Shown here piece after piece: positions 24,114 to 38,420 of a stretch of 64,000 bases of DNA. The stretch covers positions 10,478,001 through 10,542,000 of the forward strand of contig NC_086110.1 in assembly GCF_963921235.1 (NCBI RefSeq), given 5' to 3'. Numbering within the stretch: the stretch's first letter is position 1; each line of letters starts with the position of its first letter. The notes below the pieces were generated by a model, which worked only from the letters and a program-made list of their open reading frames with translations, searched no databases and was not told the DNA's origin. Both the position numbers and the translations under genes were made by a program. The stretch comes from Mobula hypostoma (lineage: Eukaryota).

Positions 24114-27100
24114 ATGTGAATAGTGACTACATAACTGATGACAGCTGTTGGTGGTATTGGCCTCTAGAGCTTGTTATTAATGTATGACCTTTTTTTTTTG
24201 TTACTGGTGACCTTGTGTTCCTGGAGATATGACCTTACATGCTTTGCTTTGAATTGAATGCTTGGAGTAAGACTGTAGGCATCTAAGGTGAGAAGATTGA
24301 AGAGAACATGGGTTTTCTGCGGATGGTTGTATTTAAGTATTTTGGGGATGGGGTCTTTTTTTTCCCCTTTCAAATACAATTGTGATTTAAGTTGATGTTT
24401 AGAAACATAGAATTTCATTTAGATGCTGTAGCTGGCCATGTATCCCCGAGACAGGTATAAGAAAAGTAAGCTGAGGTTCCAGAGCCTATTCAGTAATTTA
24501 ACGAGAGTAGAATTTATTTTCTGATGTCTTTCATTGTTGAAATTGCCAGTCGGTTTTAAGGATTGTCCTGAAATTAATCTTCAGTTAAATGAAGTGAATC
24601 CAAGTGTAATGGTCAGAACAGACTCACGTGAATGGAGTGGTACGCAAGAAGGTAGAAGCAGAAGATTAAAGCTTTAGGTTGAGAAGTGGTGAGGCTGCCA
24701 GATTTCAAATCTGTGGAGGCCTGTTATGAAAATATTTTGAAACCAAGTATGGGAGATTGGAGTACAACAGGGAAATGTAGGTCATTGAAACTGGTACAAA
24801 ACAATGAAGAATTTTTTTGGAATTTTACTGAGAATAGAAAATTGGTGACCATAAAAGTAGTGGAACTATTGAGCTTATAAATAACAAAAGCAAGGTTAAC
24901 ATTTTCCACAGCTTGGACTGCATAAATGTGCCTCTGGGTGATATAGATGGGTTGCTTTTAGTGTCCTCAGCCGCATTGACAGTTCACTGTTATGTAGTAG
25001 CTATAGCAGTATGTCAGTGAAGTTGTAGTTGCTAAGAGTGAAATATTTGATTTTGAAATTTCATAATTTGTCCTTGTGCTCCAGTTCATTTGGGCAATGT
25101 TTAACATTCTGGTCTGTTCCAGTTACCACAATAATACTAGTTTAGGCATTCCAAAAATGGTTTTAGAGCGTGGTAATTTTGTGGTATTTGATATTTGCGT
25201 TGTTCGTGTTAAAGTAGCAGTAATTGTGGCAAAAATTCACTTTTGTTTTGATCAAGTAAAATGCCAGGTATTGGAATAGTTTTTCGCTTGTTCTTCCAAT
25301 CAGAACCTCTTGTGACTGAAAGGAGATAATTTAACAAAGTAATCAAACAAGTTTTGGAAGAGATACTTAATGACATCTTGCCATGTATGCTGTTTTAGGA
25401 AGAATTTTAGATCTTTTGCAAAGTCTGTTTGTACACAGTTGCTCACAGCTTTAAGGAAATAATTGGTTGACACAAGGTGAAGTTTAAGTGAATTACTAGC
25501 ACTTAATACTGTTTTGGCATGTTGCTAGAACAGTTGAACCTGGCTTGTATCCAAACATTGACATGTCAACAATTGAGAGTAATGATTATACATTTTGTAC
25601 CACCCTGTAGGCAAAGTTGAGGAAGGTTACACAGCAGAGCACAATTTCTGTACTAGCAGCTAGCCCAAAGTCTGGATGCTAGTTTTCTTTGTTTTTTTTC
25701 CCCCCAAGTTTTTGTCCATGAATGAAGTACTCTTATTTAGTATTTTCCCTCCATTTGTTATGTGACCTCCCCATTCACTTTTATGCTGCTGAACAGTTGA
25801 GATTATGGATTTAAAATGCTAGTGTACTCTTACTTTTCATGCTACTGGAATTACTAATGGAGTCAGGCAATGTAAATTATGATCTTCTATCCTGGATTTC
25901 AAAGTTCAAAGAAATTTATTATCAGAGTACATACATGTCACCACATACTACCCTGATATTCTTTTTTTGGGGGCAGTTGGTTTTAGCTGTTGGGATGCCT
26001 TCAGCAGAATGGGTGAAGCTCACAAGTTCTGAACTTTTAACAGTTGAATTCTTGCAATATTTGGTACTTATGCCTTTCCTACACTGTATATTTATTAAGC
26101 TTTAAAATATGGGATTGCTTGAACTGGATCAGAACTCGTGCTGAAAAAGTTTGATGATTGCCAGCATTTTACAAATAGTGGTGATACCAGAATTCTACTC
26201 CAGGGGTGTATTTCTTAGAATTATGTACATTAATTTTTCAGAGACCCTGAATTAAGCTTTGTGTGTGGTACTCTTGCATTTTATTTTTCATCATCTTTCT
26301 TTATGGAAATGTTCTACTTGTGAGTTAGTACCTGAAGAATTTGAGTAATTAAATTTTTTGGAAAGCACCTATTTGCGGTTGCAGAAATAACCACATCTAA
26401 TTTGTCATAAAACCAAATCGGTAAAGTGTGCTACTTGTATCTTTGGGAATTGGCTTGTGTATTAGTCCTTATTGACAGTGGTGTTGTGGTTTAAAAAGGT
26501 TTAATACAGTAACATTTCACATCTGGGATGTTGCCAGCAGCAGCGTAGCCTGGCAGACGTCCAAATAACTCATTGTGTACTGTGGTTAGTGTTATGAGAG
26601 CCAGAGTTTTAAATTCTGATAAACATGTTGTTGTTCACTCCTGGACTTTTAAATACCTTGTCTTTATAAAATGTAAATGCCTGTCCAGCCTGTTATATGG
26701 ACCAATTACATATGTTCAGTATATACATTTTTCTACCAGCTATGGAATTATACAAGAAAAGTAAAGCACTAACTGACCATTGAAGTTTAAACTTGTACGT
26801 TACAGAAATTTGCATTTAGTTGCCTCCCTTGTACTTCCTTATCCACTTAACTAGTTTTGCCTCCTACTATGGAGGTATTGCATTTAATCTTTCATAACTG
26901 TGGGAAGTTTCTAAGTACATCACAATCAAAACATGAACAAGATTCCACAAACAATTGTGTAATAATAATTGATCTGTTTCAATAATATCAATGTAACAAT
27001 AAATAATGCTGACACATGGAGATGAACTCTTTTCTCTTCGGAAGTGGTTCTCCGGGATTTCTAGCATCCATTGGAGAATTTGGATGGGGGCTTCTGTTTC

Positions 27101-29164
27101 ATATCTCAAGGATTAAACATTTTCAGTTTAAACTCAGAATAGGAATTGGGTTTATTTTCATGGTCTTATGGCAATGAATTTGCTTTGCAGCAGTGATACA
27201 CAACAAAGGCATAAAATTACTACGTGTTCATGAATCATTGACAAATCTGGCAGAAGGGAAGAAACTTTCTGAATCACTGAATGTAAGTTTTCAGGCTCCT
27301 GCACCTTCTCCCTGTTGGTAATGAGAAGATGACATGGCCTGGAAGGGCAGGATGCTTAATGATGGGTGTCACCACCATTTTTCCCATTCATCTTTTTTTT
27401 GTATGTCCTTACTACATTTGTTTTTTACCCATTGCACATTCCTAAATCTTGACTTGCTGATCTCCCCTCTTTTGCTATTGCATGAAATAGAGCCCCATAA
27501 GCTGATGCCACGCAAAATGAGACTTTGTTCACCCTGGTTAATTGGTAGTCGTGCTCTGTGTCTTTATCGAGTACTTCAAGTGAGGTGGTTTTGGCCTTTG
27601 GTTAAATAGCCAAAATGCCACTAAAGGGGGTGTGTTTTTCAGTGCTTTAGTGTTGATATCTTAAGTCAATATGTGATTTTGTGAGTCAGTCAACAAAGTG
27701 GGCTTTACACCTAGGGCGTAGATAATTGAGAACTTTGAAATTTTCTGGTGGAGAGCATTTTGGACAAAATTTAAACTACATTTTATGTTATGGCCTTAAA
27801 GTTGGGCACCGGCTATGAGATGTCTATGGTCACAAACCTGATGTAGCCTTTTTTCCCATGGAAAATTATTTGGGGTAAAATAAAACAGATGGATTAGTCT
27901 TTTTCAACATTGAGAAGGGGAAGGACTTTTCTATCTATACAAGTTCCACAGAACCAAGTTGGATACATACCCTTGTTCTTCCTGAACTATCTTGTGTTAA
28001 TACATTGGAGATTGATACTTCTTTAAAGATATGAATTTTGTTGAGTGTACAAAATATGCCAAAGGAGTTTATTGCCAAACAGACAAAAACATTGTATGAA
28101 GAGTTAAATTGAAGTTGTCTTGTGCTTCCTAATTCAAACATTGAGTTACTGTAATGTAGGTGTGAACAGTTTAAATACTAACAGGACATGTTGGTCCAGG
28201 ATTGCTGTACCTTGACAGTCATTTTATGCAGAAAGTTGTCATTTATCTTAATGGCTGTTAATTCAAAGTCTTTGCTCTGCTTAACAAAGTTGCTACTGAA
28301 ATCTTAAAAATAACTAAATTTTATAGATATTATGGGATTATTATTGAAAGTTGTAAACCTAAAGGTCATACCCAAGGAAATGCATATTTGTATTTTCCAA
28401 TAACTAATGCGTTTCTCCTCTGTATTTTTCAACTTACAAATGAATATCAGTTTCATTTCAGCACCATGGCTTAGTAATGGGTTATCTGTTATGTTTTGAG
28501 TAGACTAAAACTTCAGTCACATCTTGTCCAGAAGGGAGTACAATAAAAGTTCACCTAGATTGAATTCTGGAATAGGATGGGTTTTTTTTATATGAGGAGG
28601 TAATTAAGCACCTTTGGGGACCCAACGCTCTGAGTTTATAAACAGAATTTCTTGCAGGTCTTGATGGTCAATGCAGAAATATTCCCTGTGGGATGTTTGG
28701 AACCAGAATTGTGGTCTCAAAGCAAGGGCCACTGGGGTAGTGCACCTTTTGGAACTCTAGTATTTGAAACTAAGATTGATAAACCTACAGATATTAAGGA
28801 AATCGGGTGATGTGGAATCAATCCAAGTACAAGGGGCCAAGTGTATACATCTGATATTTCTGTTGTTAAAATGGTTTATAGGAACATCTTCTGATTGAGT
28901 GATTTCCATTCTTGTGTACATAAATCTCTAGTTGGTGACCTATTGTAAATGAAGTTGCTTTTAAATTGGTCTTTGTCCAAATGGATGTCCAGAATGTGGA
29001 TGTTTTACAGACTGATATCTCAAGCTTTTTAAGAGTTTACTTTTAAATCTTTGCCAGATTGGCTGGCTCTATCATCTTAAGCAGTAACTGTTCTTCACAT
29101 AGATTGCTGATGCGCCTTTTGAACAAGCTTGAAAGAAAATGGCCCACGTGTTCACAGAAAAAAT

Positions 29165-29325
29165 GATCACAAAATGCTAGAGGAACACAGCAGGTCAGCT
29201 ATCATCTATGGAGAGGCACTTGGGAACTTAAAGGGTCTCAGTCCAAAAATTTATGGACTGAAACATTGATCTGCTGAGTTCCTCCAGCATTGTTGCTCTA
29301 GATTTCCAGTATCTTGTGTTTTCGT
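29165..29325. mobile_element. Degenerate inverted pair of Penelope-type terminal repeats
   Basis: aaaatgctagaggaacacagcagg..aagggtctcag..ctgctgagttcctccagcat. Confidence 0.55.
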
Positions 29326-29999
29326 ACAGTAACGCATTGTATTGGTAAAAAGTTTCATTTCTACCAGTCCCATGTGAATATGATGTAGTATCTGCATCGA
29401 AGTCTTCAGATTTGAGAATTAGTCATGTCTCATAATCAGCCTTTGTTACCAGGTAGATCTGGCATCTATTAATTGCTCAGTGGCATTAATTGCTACCCAG
29501 TCTGCTGTGCAATTTCTACATTTTTCTTCATTTGCAGTTCATTTATCATTTAAATTTTTTTTTGTGGAACTCGTGTGTGCAATCTGGTTGATCCTGCTTG
29601 ATTATTGTTACCTTCACAAAACAAGTTAATTGAATAGGGGTACTCTTTTTTTCTTGAGACTAGATATTTAACGGATTATTAAGACTTCATTGTGGTCTAC
29701 AAACCGGAGGATAGGGATGTAGTTTGATTTTCCCCATATGCTGTCCAGAAACCTTGGATGGTGCTAAGGGAAGATCGTGCCCTTTCTCTCCATGCTGTCA
29801 CTGAGGTACAAGGGTATTTTCATTGGACAGTTGTACTGCCAGCACCAGGTTTGGAGGAATTATGGAATCCTAGAAATCTGAAATAAAATGTTGGAAATGC
29901 CCAGCAGCTGAAGCAGAATGTGTGGGAAAAGAAAGAGTTTTAAGTTGAAAACTTTGTTTTACTAATCTACCGCAAATGATCATGTGTTCGCCTCAGTAC

Positions 30000-31340
30000 C
30001 TTGATCTCATCTGTTTTTAATTTCAAAGTAGATAGTTGTGGTTTGGAAGCTGAACATAGGGAAATTACAAATGCAGTATGGAAGGAAATGGCAGAAATAT
30101 TAAAGAATGAAAATCATCAGAAATTGGAAATCCAAATGTAGTATTACTGGTAATGAAAGAAGGGAAACGTAACAGGGAGTTCAGACTAGATAACTATTTG
30201 TGTAATGGGAGGGGGAAGAGGGAGGGGTAACAATTAGTGCCAGTGTGGTTCTGTGGTAGGGAAATAATTTTCAACACTTTTTTAAAAAAAAATTGAACTG
30301 CTAGGGTAGTTAAAAGATAAAGTAGGATGTAATTTACCGAAAGGCATTTGATACCAGTTAGGCTGTTTCATGCTGTATGATTCTAAAATGCCACAAGGTG
30401 TTGCCTTGTCATGCTGAGGATCATGTGTTATATTGTGTAAAAGGATTAGTTAACTAACTTAAGATGGGAATACATTGATTTGTGGTTAGCAAGCTGTAAG
30501 GAATAGCACATTGTGGACTCCAGCTATTTGCAGTGTGTATTGATAAATGAAAGAAAGAACACTGTTCACTGACAAAACACAAATTACCTATGCAGGTTGT
30601 GAGGATCTTTGCAAAAAGTCTGCAGAGGGATAAAGGTGAGTGGGCAACCAGGTGGCATTTGCATTATGCAATATATGATTATTTAGTATGTTAGGAAGAA
30701 TATTATTTGAATCATGTCACTAATGAATACTGGTGAACGGAGAAATTATGTGCCTTGTGAAAGAAACACGCAATGCAAGGAATTATGTTTTTCTTTTTGT
30801 AAGAATGGTGAAGTAGAAAAGTGGGTTTTGCAGGGTCTCAGATGAAGCTGAGACAATGTAGTTTCCTTTCTGCAGGAAAAGTACAGTAGTTAATTTCTCA
30901 GTTGGAATTCAGTTCCATCCAGTTATCCAGTGAGGAAAGATCGAGTAAAGTGAGCATAAATCTTTGAAGTTCAGAAGAATCCAAGTGATTGGACAAAGCA
31001 TCTTGGACCTGTATCATTTTTCTCAAATCTGTCAGAACTACATTTTCTATTTTTTAAAAATTGGGGAGATTTGACAAGCTCAGTGCTGTGAGGGGCCTAG
31101 ATAATCAGTATTTAAGGCTGAGACATTTCTTCCGTTGAAGGTTGTGAATCCTTGGAATTCTTTTCTCAAAGCTCTGGGTGCTAGGTTACTGAGTATATTA
31201 AAGGCTGAGGTGATTTCTTTTAATTTGAGGCAATCAAGGGTTGTAGGGATCAGAAAGGAATGTGGAGTTAAAGCCAGTGGTGAGATCAGCCATTGAATTC
31301 TGGAGTGATCTTGTGGGGAATAAATTACCTACTACTTCTA
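30000..31340 (+). mobile_element. Ancient degenerate CR1 remnant
   Basis: Residual aaaggcatttgata (KAFD), tgcagagggata, gaagttcagaagaat, gtgaatccttggaattc, tatattaaaggctgag and CR1-like 3' end. Confidence 0.5.
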
Positions 31341-31599
31341 TGTTTTGAAATAACTTATGAATATTAAAAATCCCTGATTATTAGGAAGTGGAACCATGGT
31401 TACCATTTGAAATTTATAGTATTTTACCAAAAAATAATTATTGCACAATGAACTGAAGTTCCTTTTACAGAGCAATTTTGCAAAATTATTCATTAAAGCC
31501 TTATTTCATTCTTGCTTTCATGAACAAATTGAAGATTTTCTCTATACTAAATGTCTTAATTTGAAATTTATCAATGCTGATGGGTTTCTTCTGTTTCAG

Positions 31600-31767
31600 G
31601 TGATGCGTCTGTACTGTGATACCTGCGCTGTGCCGATTTGTCGAGAATGCACAATGAGCCGTCATGTAGGTCACAGCTTTGTCTACCTCCAGGATGCCGT
31701 ACAGGACTCCAAAGAAATAACCTTACAGTTATTAGCAGATGCACAGCAAGGCCGGCAGGCCATTCAG
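31600..31767 (+). CDS. trim71: TRIM71-like exon 2 (B-box 2, start of coiled coil)
   Basis: Acceptor ctgtttcag|GTG; 168 nt encoding [31 protein letters not shown]...AQQGRQAIQ; donor CAG|gtttgc; phase 0. Confidence 0.95.
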
Positions 31768-32497
31768 GTTTGCAAATGTGAAGTTGTAATTTTCCTGAGT
31801 GTTTAATTTGCTCTAATCTTTTCTAATCTCTTATACTCTTACTCCTTTCTGATTTCCACCCTCCCTGCCCACCTCTCCCTGAACTTGTATGCCTTAGCAG
31901 TAGTAGAGATGTGGCCATTCGTGCTGTTCAGCTATATTGATTGTCAGAGCTATAACAGTTGATTCCTGTTAGCAAGATGTGTGCAATTTTTCTGAAGTTG
32001 TTTCTGAATGCAGTTGGCATTCAGAAATAGAGCTCGGTAAGTTTCGGGTCTTAAGTAGCTACATTTATACAAATGTGCTAAACATCCAGCAACATTTACA
32101 ACTATGGACATACTAGATTAAAAAGCAAATGACCACCCCACCATTTGCTTTCCGACCCACAACCATAAATTTCCCATTTGAACTTGCAGAATCTCATATC
32201 CTCTACCAGTACTTGGCCTAATACAGCCGAGTGAATGAATCCTAGGACTTTTTGCTATGCTGAAACATGCAGTACACAATTCTGTATAAGGCTGCTGAGT
32301 CATAATGGGGCCTTTAATACTAGAACTAATGTAATGGCTTCCTTTTGGATTTTGGCATTTTCCGTATAAATGTTTTATCAAGGATTCTTTCTGTAAATCT
32401 ATTAAGGAGCTACTTAAGGTAAGGGTACTTAAAATAAATTGTACGTCTTTCTTTTTCCTGTCTATTGTGGTTTGGAAAGTGATGGTGAGGCCTGTGT

Positions 32498-33045
32498 CAG
32501 TCAGGCTTGACCACGGTGTTGCGTCCTAGCCATTTTAGCTACGCAAGCCAGGGCAGTACAATATGGAGAGCAAGCTGTTGCCCATGTAGCAAACTCCCCC
32601 TCTCTAAGCATCATTTGAACCCAAATGAACAGCAGAGACCAATGCAGTTTGGTGCCAGCAGTGTCGCAGGAGTTGCCAGTCAGCTTTGAACTCAACGTAG
32701 GACTTCCTTTGAGAGTCCAGCTCTAGATTTTTCTCTCTGGGTTTACTCCTAAAGCCTTCACTATGAGAGGATATAGTCACAAGGCAGCAGAGGCTTAAGA
32801 TCAGAGTTTTCCTTTTCCTAAATGAGCTGCCAACCATGGCTGACGAGCCCCATCTGCCCAAAGCGACTGGTTTTAAGGCTCCAGAAACCCACCTTTACCT
32901 CTTCTGTCCATAGAAACGGTTCTGCCGGGCATAGAAGCTGAGCCAAACGTGAAGGCCGGGAGCTGACTTGGTGGTCAGAGGCTTGGTGGTCTGCCATTGG
33001 GAGCACCTAATAGGTAGTGGGAGCTTGTTGCCACTACCACTCCCG
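32498..33045 (-). mobile_element. Non-autonomous retroelement, possibly RTE-related
   Basis: GC-richer discrete block; gagctgccaaccatggctgacgagcccc resembles a reversed RTE 5' UTR; family assignment tentative. Confidence 0.4.
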
Positions 33046-33451
33046 GGAGCCACCAGAAAGTGAATGCTGCCGTGAACCATGTTTACCTAGCACTGCTATT
33101 TAAACATTGCTTGCACCCACAACAGTGTTTGGAAAATAATTTGTGAGCACAAAATCACTACCTATTTTGAGGAAGTCAGAAATGCATTCAGTTGTCAGGT
33201 TTATGGAGTCTTGTATGGTTTTTTTTATCAAGCATAGGCTTGGCGTTCTTCTAATACTTTCCTCCCTGAAAGGTACAAGATTGGTACCTTGTTTGAGTGT
33301 TATTAAACCCTTTGATACTTAGACATAAGACAGAAGATTCTTTGCTAAACTAGCTTTAAAAATAACCCCAGAATCATCAGTATTAGTGTCTTCTGTGTTC
33401 AGGAATATAATTAGTTTATTATGGAAAATTTGGTAACTGAGGGTGAGTATA

Positions 33452-33801
33452 AATCATAAGACAAAGGAGCAGAAGTAGGACATTCAGCCCATCGAGTCTG
33501 CTCTGCCATTTTATCATGAGCTGATCCATTCTCCTATTTAGTCCCACTCCCCTGCCTTCTCACCATAACCTTTGATGCCCTGGCTTCTCAGATACCTATC
33601 AATCTCTGCCTTAAAAACACCCAATGACTTGGCCTCCACTGCTGCCCGTGGCAACAAATTCCATAGATTCACCACCCTCTGACTAAAAAAATTCCTTCGC
33701 GTTTCTGTTCTGAATGGGCGCCCTTCAATCCTTAAATCATGCCCTCTTGTACTAGACTCCCCCATCATGGGAAACAACTTTACCACATCCACTCTGTCCA
33801 T
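33452..33801 (-). mobile_element. CR1 3' fragment
   Basis: LFPMMGESSTRGHDL..FFSQRVVNLWNLLP plus 3' tail. Confidence 0.85.
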
Positions 33802-35003
33802 CAGCTTCTATTTGCTTGATTCGGCATGGCTGTTGAGTATACCTGTTGCAAACTCAACTGTTAGATTGTTTACTGGTCTTTGGGATGTTTCAACTTGGGT
33901 TTTATTTTGTCCTCTTACAAAGACAAAAGTTGAAGGACTTTAAGATTGCCTTGATTTAGCATTCAAGTCCACAGAGCAGTTAGCATTTGGCTGCCATTGA
34001 CATAATCTGTAGAACCACCTTCAGTGTTGGTTGTACATTCTGTATTCATGATTAAGTTCCCACTGTGCCTGTACTTATCAGAATGGCAAAATGCCTTCTA
34101 AAGTACCTATTAAAAGTATAAAGTGTAATCCTCTGCTGTGTTTCAGCTTTTCTTGTTGTACTGTTAATGCAGTACTCTTTGTTCCCGAGCAGTTACTTTG
34201 GATATGGCTTAGCCACTTAATTCTTTGATTCTTCTTTGAGTTGCAGAGCATTCTAGAAAGCCACGCTGCACAATGAGCAATCTACAGTTGCCATTCTACC
34301 AAATTGTTTGGACTTATTTTTTGTAATGTTATACCTCTGCTTTTCTTGCACTTCTTTAATTCTCTAATTTGGTGTTCAGTTTGTCTCATAACTGGTCATT
34401 TGTGGGTGTGGTGCTGAAGGAGAGCTGTCGTCAGATTAAAATCAGTATTGTTGGATAGAATGGCAGGACAGATGGATATTACCTGTAATGCACTGAAACC
34501 TTTGTCCCATGTCCAAATCCCAAGGCTTATCAAGATGAATGCAATTCCAGTAGCACGTGTTCTTGGATGAAACTGCTTGGTTTTTTTTCACACCAATTGT
34601 CATGTCTCTGTCTTGGTTGCAATGTACAATCCAAAATGTGTACTTTGCTAATACATTCTAAAGCCTTGGCCTCTTTCACTTGGGCAGGCTAGGGCAAATA
34701 GGCACATGCCAAACTGGCTGCCTTATTGTGATAGGGCATTCAGTCCATTAATCCAACCAGCTCCCAGCAGAGCAATCCCATCAGCCCTATTCTTCTTTAT
34801 TGTGCTGTGCCCCTGCACCGTATTCCCTTCCATACCCATCAATTTCCCCTTTACTTATTTCGCCACTTCAAACGAAAGTTCACTGTAGTCGATTAACCTA
34901 CGAAGGTAAATGCGAATGTATGTACTTTATAGACTGCACCCACTACCCTGGCATGACAAAGCATTGAAATGAAGGTGCAAAAGAGGTTTTTTTGGTATGG
35001 TCT

Positions 35004-35175
35004 ATGACCATACAAGTCATAGGAGTAGAATTAGGCCGTTCAGCCCATTGAGTCTGCTCCACTGTTCCGTCATGGCTGATTCATTATCCCTTGCAACCCC
35101 ATTGTCCTGCCTTCTCCCCATAACCTTTGAAGCCCTTACTAATCAAGAGCCAATCAACCTTCACTTTAAATATAC
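35004..35175 (-). mobile_element. CR1 3' UTR fragment
   Basis: ataggagtagaattaggccgttcagcccattgagtctgctcc is the reversed CR1 3' stem-loop. Confidence 0.7.
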
Positions 35176-37109
35176 CACTAGCTTGGTATGTCAAGTATAT
35201 GGCAGCTTCTTTCAGAATAATACTGCCCAACCTATTCCTCTGCTTGCTCCTCCAGACTGCAAATTATTTTTTCAAGTGACTTTCAGGAACCTGTGAGGTG
35301 TTCCTTTTTCTTTGAAGCACATTGGTGCTTCCAGTCCAAAAATACAATGTAATTATGGTGAACTTCAGTGCTCTGAATACTTCGTGACTTCTTTTTGGGC
35401 AGAGTTGTTAGGTTATCTGTGAAAGTAGAACAGCTCTGTTTTTAGATTGAGCAAACAGGTTAATTTATAAGCATTCAGTTGCTCTTGCGTAATCTGTCTC
35501 CTGCCATTTGTCAGGTATTTTAATAATGAAGTCCCGCTTTTTAAAAAAAGCATTGAATGTTTCCAATTTTCAAGGCTAGTTGATTATTTTGAGTTTAAAA
35601 ACTTGACTTTTAAAGACTAACTAGTAGGTTGAATTTTTTAATTTGTGAAGGGAAATTGACTTCCTTTCACTGCAGTGTTACATTTTCATACATAAAAGTC
35701 CTTTTTTAAAATTTGTATTTGATTAAATGAAATATGTGGAATGTGTAATAGATGGGCTTCCCAGACTTGAAACGTTACCATGTTTTTCCATTGGGGTAAA
35801 CTGCCAAGTACAATAAATGAATTTATTTACTTAGGGGTGTTGCTGTCTAGCTGTTAAAATGGAAGCAGAGTTAAACTGTAGAGAGAAATGTGAAAGTATG
35901 AAGCTTGCCAGATTATTACATCTCAAAAGTCTCCCAATGAAATGTAAACATTGTAACTCGGCTGTTATGAATTTGTCTCTGCTTAGATAATCAAAACTCT
36001 TTAACATTAGTGAACTGCAACTTAATGTCAGCAATGTTTCTCTTCAATTCAGCGGCTTAATTTTGTATCCTGAAACCATTGAGTTGAGAATTTCATCATA
36101 CTCAGAATGTGCTGTCTGACATTTATTGCCCATTCCTTAATGCTCCTGGAGGTGGCGATTACCAGTGGCGGTGGTCATTACTGCTGTGTTGAATAGGAAG
36201 TCTGAGGCTTCGATCTGTCAGTGAAATGGCAATGTTTCCAGGTCAGGACATTGCAACACTTGAAAGGGTGCCAGCATATATGGTGTCTCTGCGTTCCTGT
36301 TCCACATAGTTATCTTAGTGTTTAGGGCTGCATTAAATTCTTACTTGAAATGTATTTAAATCTTGTCCAAAGATTTGGACAAATCTTGCACCATCCTAAC
36401 AGATACTTCACCTGAACTTGATGTTGGATAACTACAAATCTAAATAGGCTCTTCTCAAATTTAAATCTCAGTCTGAGGACTAGACCTGTGGGCTAAGCAC
36501 ACATCCCTGAGGTTCGTGAGTGTTGATTGTCAGTGAGTGAAGATGTTATTTCCAATCTGCGCTGATTGTGATCTGGTTAGGAAGTCAAGGATCCAGTTGC
36601 AGAGGGAACCATAGAGACCTGGGTTCTGGAGCTTTTCAATCAGAACTATAGGATATCTTTTTAACTATTTCTATGAAACTTTGATTAATTGGGGCAGGCG
36701 CTTAATTGGGTCAAGATGTCCTGATGTGTCCAATTAACAATCTACTGTAAATATAAGTGAATCATGCATTTCTCTGCTTTTGTGCATAAAATAGAACATC
36801 ACACAGTTTTTGTCTTCCCCTATCTAGACAAAGACATTGAATCATTAACTTGCCAGATGTGATGTGTAACTTGCAAGACTCAGAACTGACCAAGCTCTTC
36901 TAGATACACATTCTGAATGTTTGTCTCAAAACTGTAGCGCTTGGTGTAGAATAAACTTGTTGCAAATTTTCTATGCGTTTATACCCCAATCTGTTGCTGC
37001 TGCCATATTAGAAATCAGTGGTTGTGCATAATAGTCCATTTACAACTGAATTGGTGTCAATAATTTTCTTTTTTATAATCTTATTATGACCGGTAGAAAG
37101 AGCGATTGA

Positions 37110-38420
37110 GCACAGTCTGAATTGAATTGAATTTTTTTACATCCTTTACGCATATGAGTAAAAATCTGTTACGTTCCAGTCTGAATGTGCAATGTGTGAT
37201 TTATAGTAATTTGTAAAGAATAGTATGTACAGTAATATCACATAAAAATACAATTATTATCAGTGTGAATGAATCAGTCTGGTGGAAGAAGCTTTCCTGG
37301 ATGGTAGCAGCTAGAACAGTTTGTGGTCGGGTTGACTCGGGTCCCCAGTGATCCTTTGGGCCCTTTTTATGCACCTGTCACTGTAAATGTCCTGAATGGT
37401 GGGAAGTTCATATCTACAGATGCGCTGGCCTGTCTGTACCACTCTCTGCAGAGTCCTGTGATTGAGGGAAGTACAGTTCCCATACCAAGCAGTAATGCAG
37501 CCAGTCAGGATGCTCTCAATTGTGCCCCTGTAGGAAGTCCTTAGGATTTGGGGATTCATGCCAATCTTCTTCAACCACCTGAAGCGCTTTTGTACTTTTT
37601 TTCATCACACGGCTGGTATGTACAGAACACACAAGATCTTCGGTGATGTGTATGCTGAGGAACTTAAAGCTGTTCACCCTCTCAACCACACATCCATTGA
37701 CGTCAATTGGGGTTAGCCTGTCTCCATTCCTCCCTGTAGTCCACAACCAGCTCCTTTGTTTTTGCAGTGTTGTTTTCTTGACACCACTGTCAGGGTGATG
37801 ACTACTGCTGTGTAGGCTGCTTCATTATTATTGAGATGAGGCCAATCATGTAGTATCGTAAGCAAATTTAATTAGCAGATTGGAGCTGTGGATGACGGCA
37901 TGATCATGGGTATACAGAGTGTAAAGGAGGGCTTTATTCCCTGGAGCGTAGAAGAATGAGGGGAGATTTGATAGAGGTATATAAAATTATGATGGGTATA
38001 GATAGAGTGAATGCAAGCAGGTTTTTTCCACTGAGGCAAGGGGAGAAAAAAACCCAGAGGACATGGGTTAAAGGAGAGGGGGGAAAAGTTTAAAGGGAAC
38101 ATTAGGGGGGGCTTCTTCACACAGAGTGGTGGGAGTATGGAATGAGCTGCCAGACGAGGTGGTAAATGCGGGTTCTTTTTTAACATTTAAGAATAAATAG
38201 GACAGATACATGGATGGGAGGTGTATGGAGGGATATGGTCCGTGTGCAGGTCAGTGGGACTAGGCAGAAAATGGTTCGGCACAGCCAAGAAGGGCCAAAG
38301 GGCCTGTTTCTGTGCTGTAGTTTCTATGGTTCTATGGGGCTTAGGACACAGACCTGAAGGGCTCCTGTGTTGAGAGGCAGAGGTGAGGGAGCCCACTCTT
38401 ACCACCTGCAGGCGATCTGA
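37110..38420 (-). mobile_element. Rex1/Babar LINE fragment interrupted by a CR1
   Basis: SYRGTIESILTGCITAWYGNC; VERVNSFKFLSIHITEDL; (aattc)n tail near 37119-37130; continues after 38336. Confidence 0.8.
37932..38335 (+). mobile_element. Young CR1 3' fragment nested in Rex1
   Basis: Near-identical (opposite strand) to the 3' part of 17961-18360; tail tttctatggttctat; GGGCTT at both junctions (37929-37934, 38337-38342). Confidence 0.9.

Noticed and set aside
36363-36382. 9-bp palindrome TTGTCCAAA-GA-TTTGGACAA
   Set aside because: Isolated; most simply a local template-switch inversion with no sign of function.
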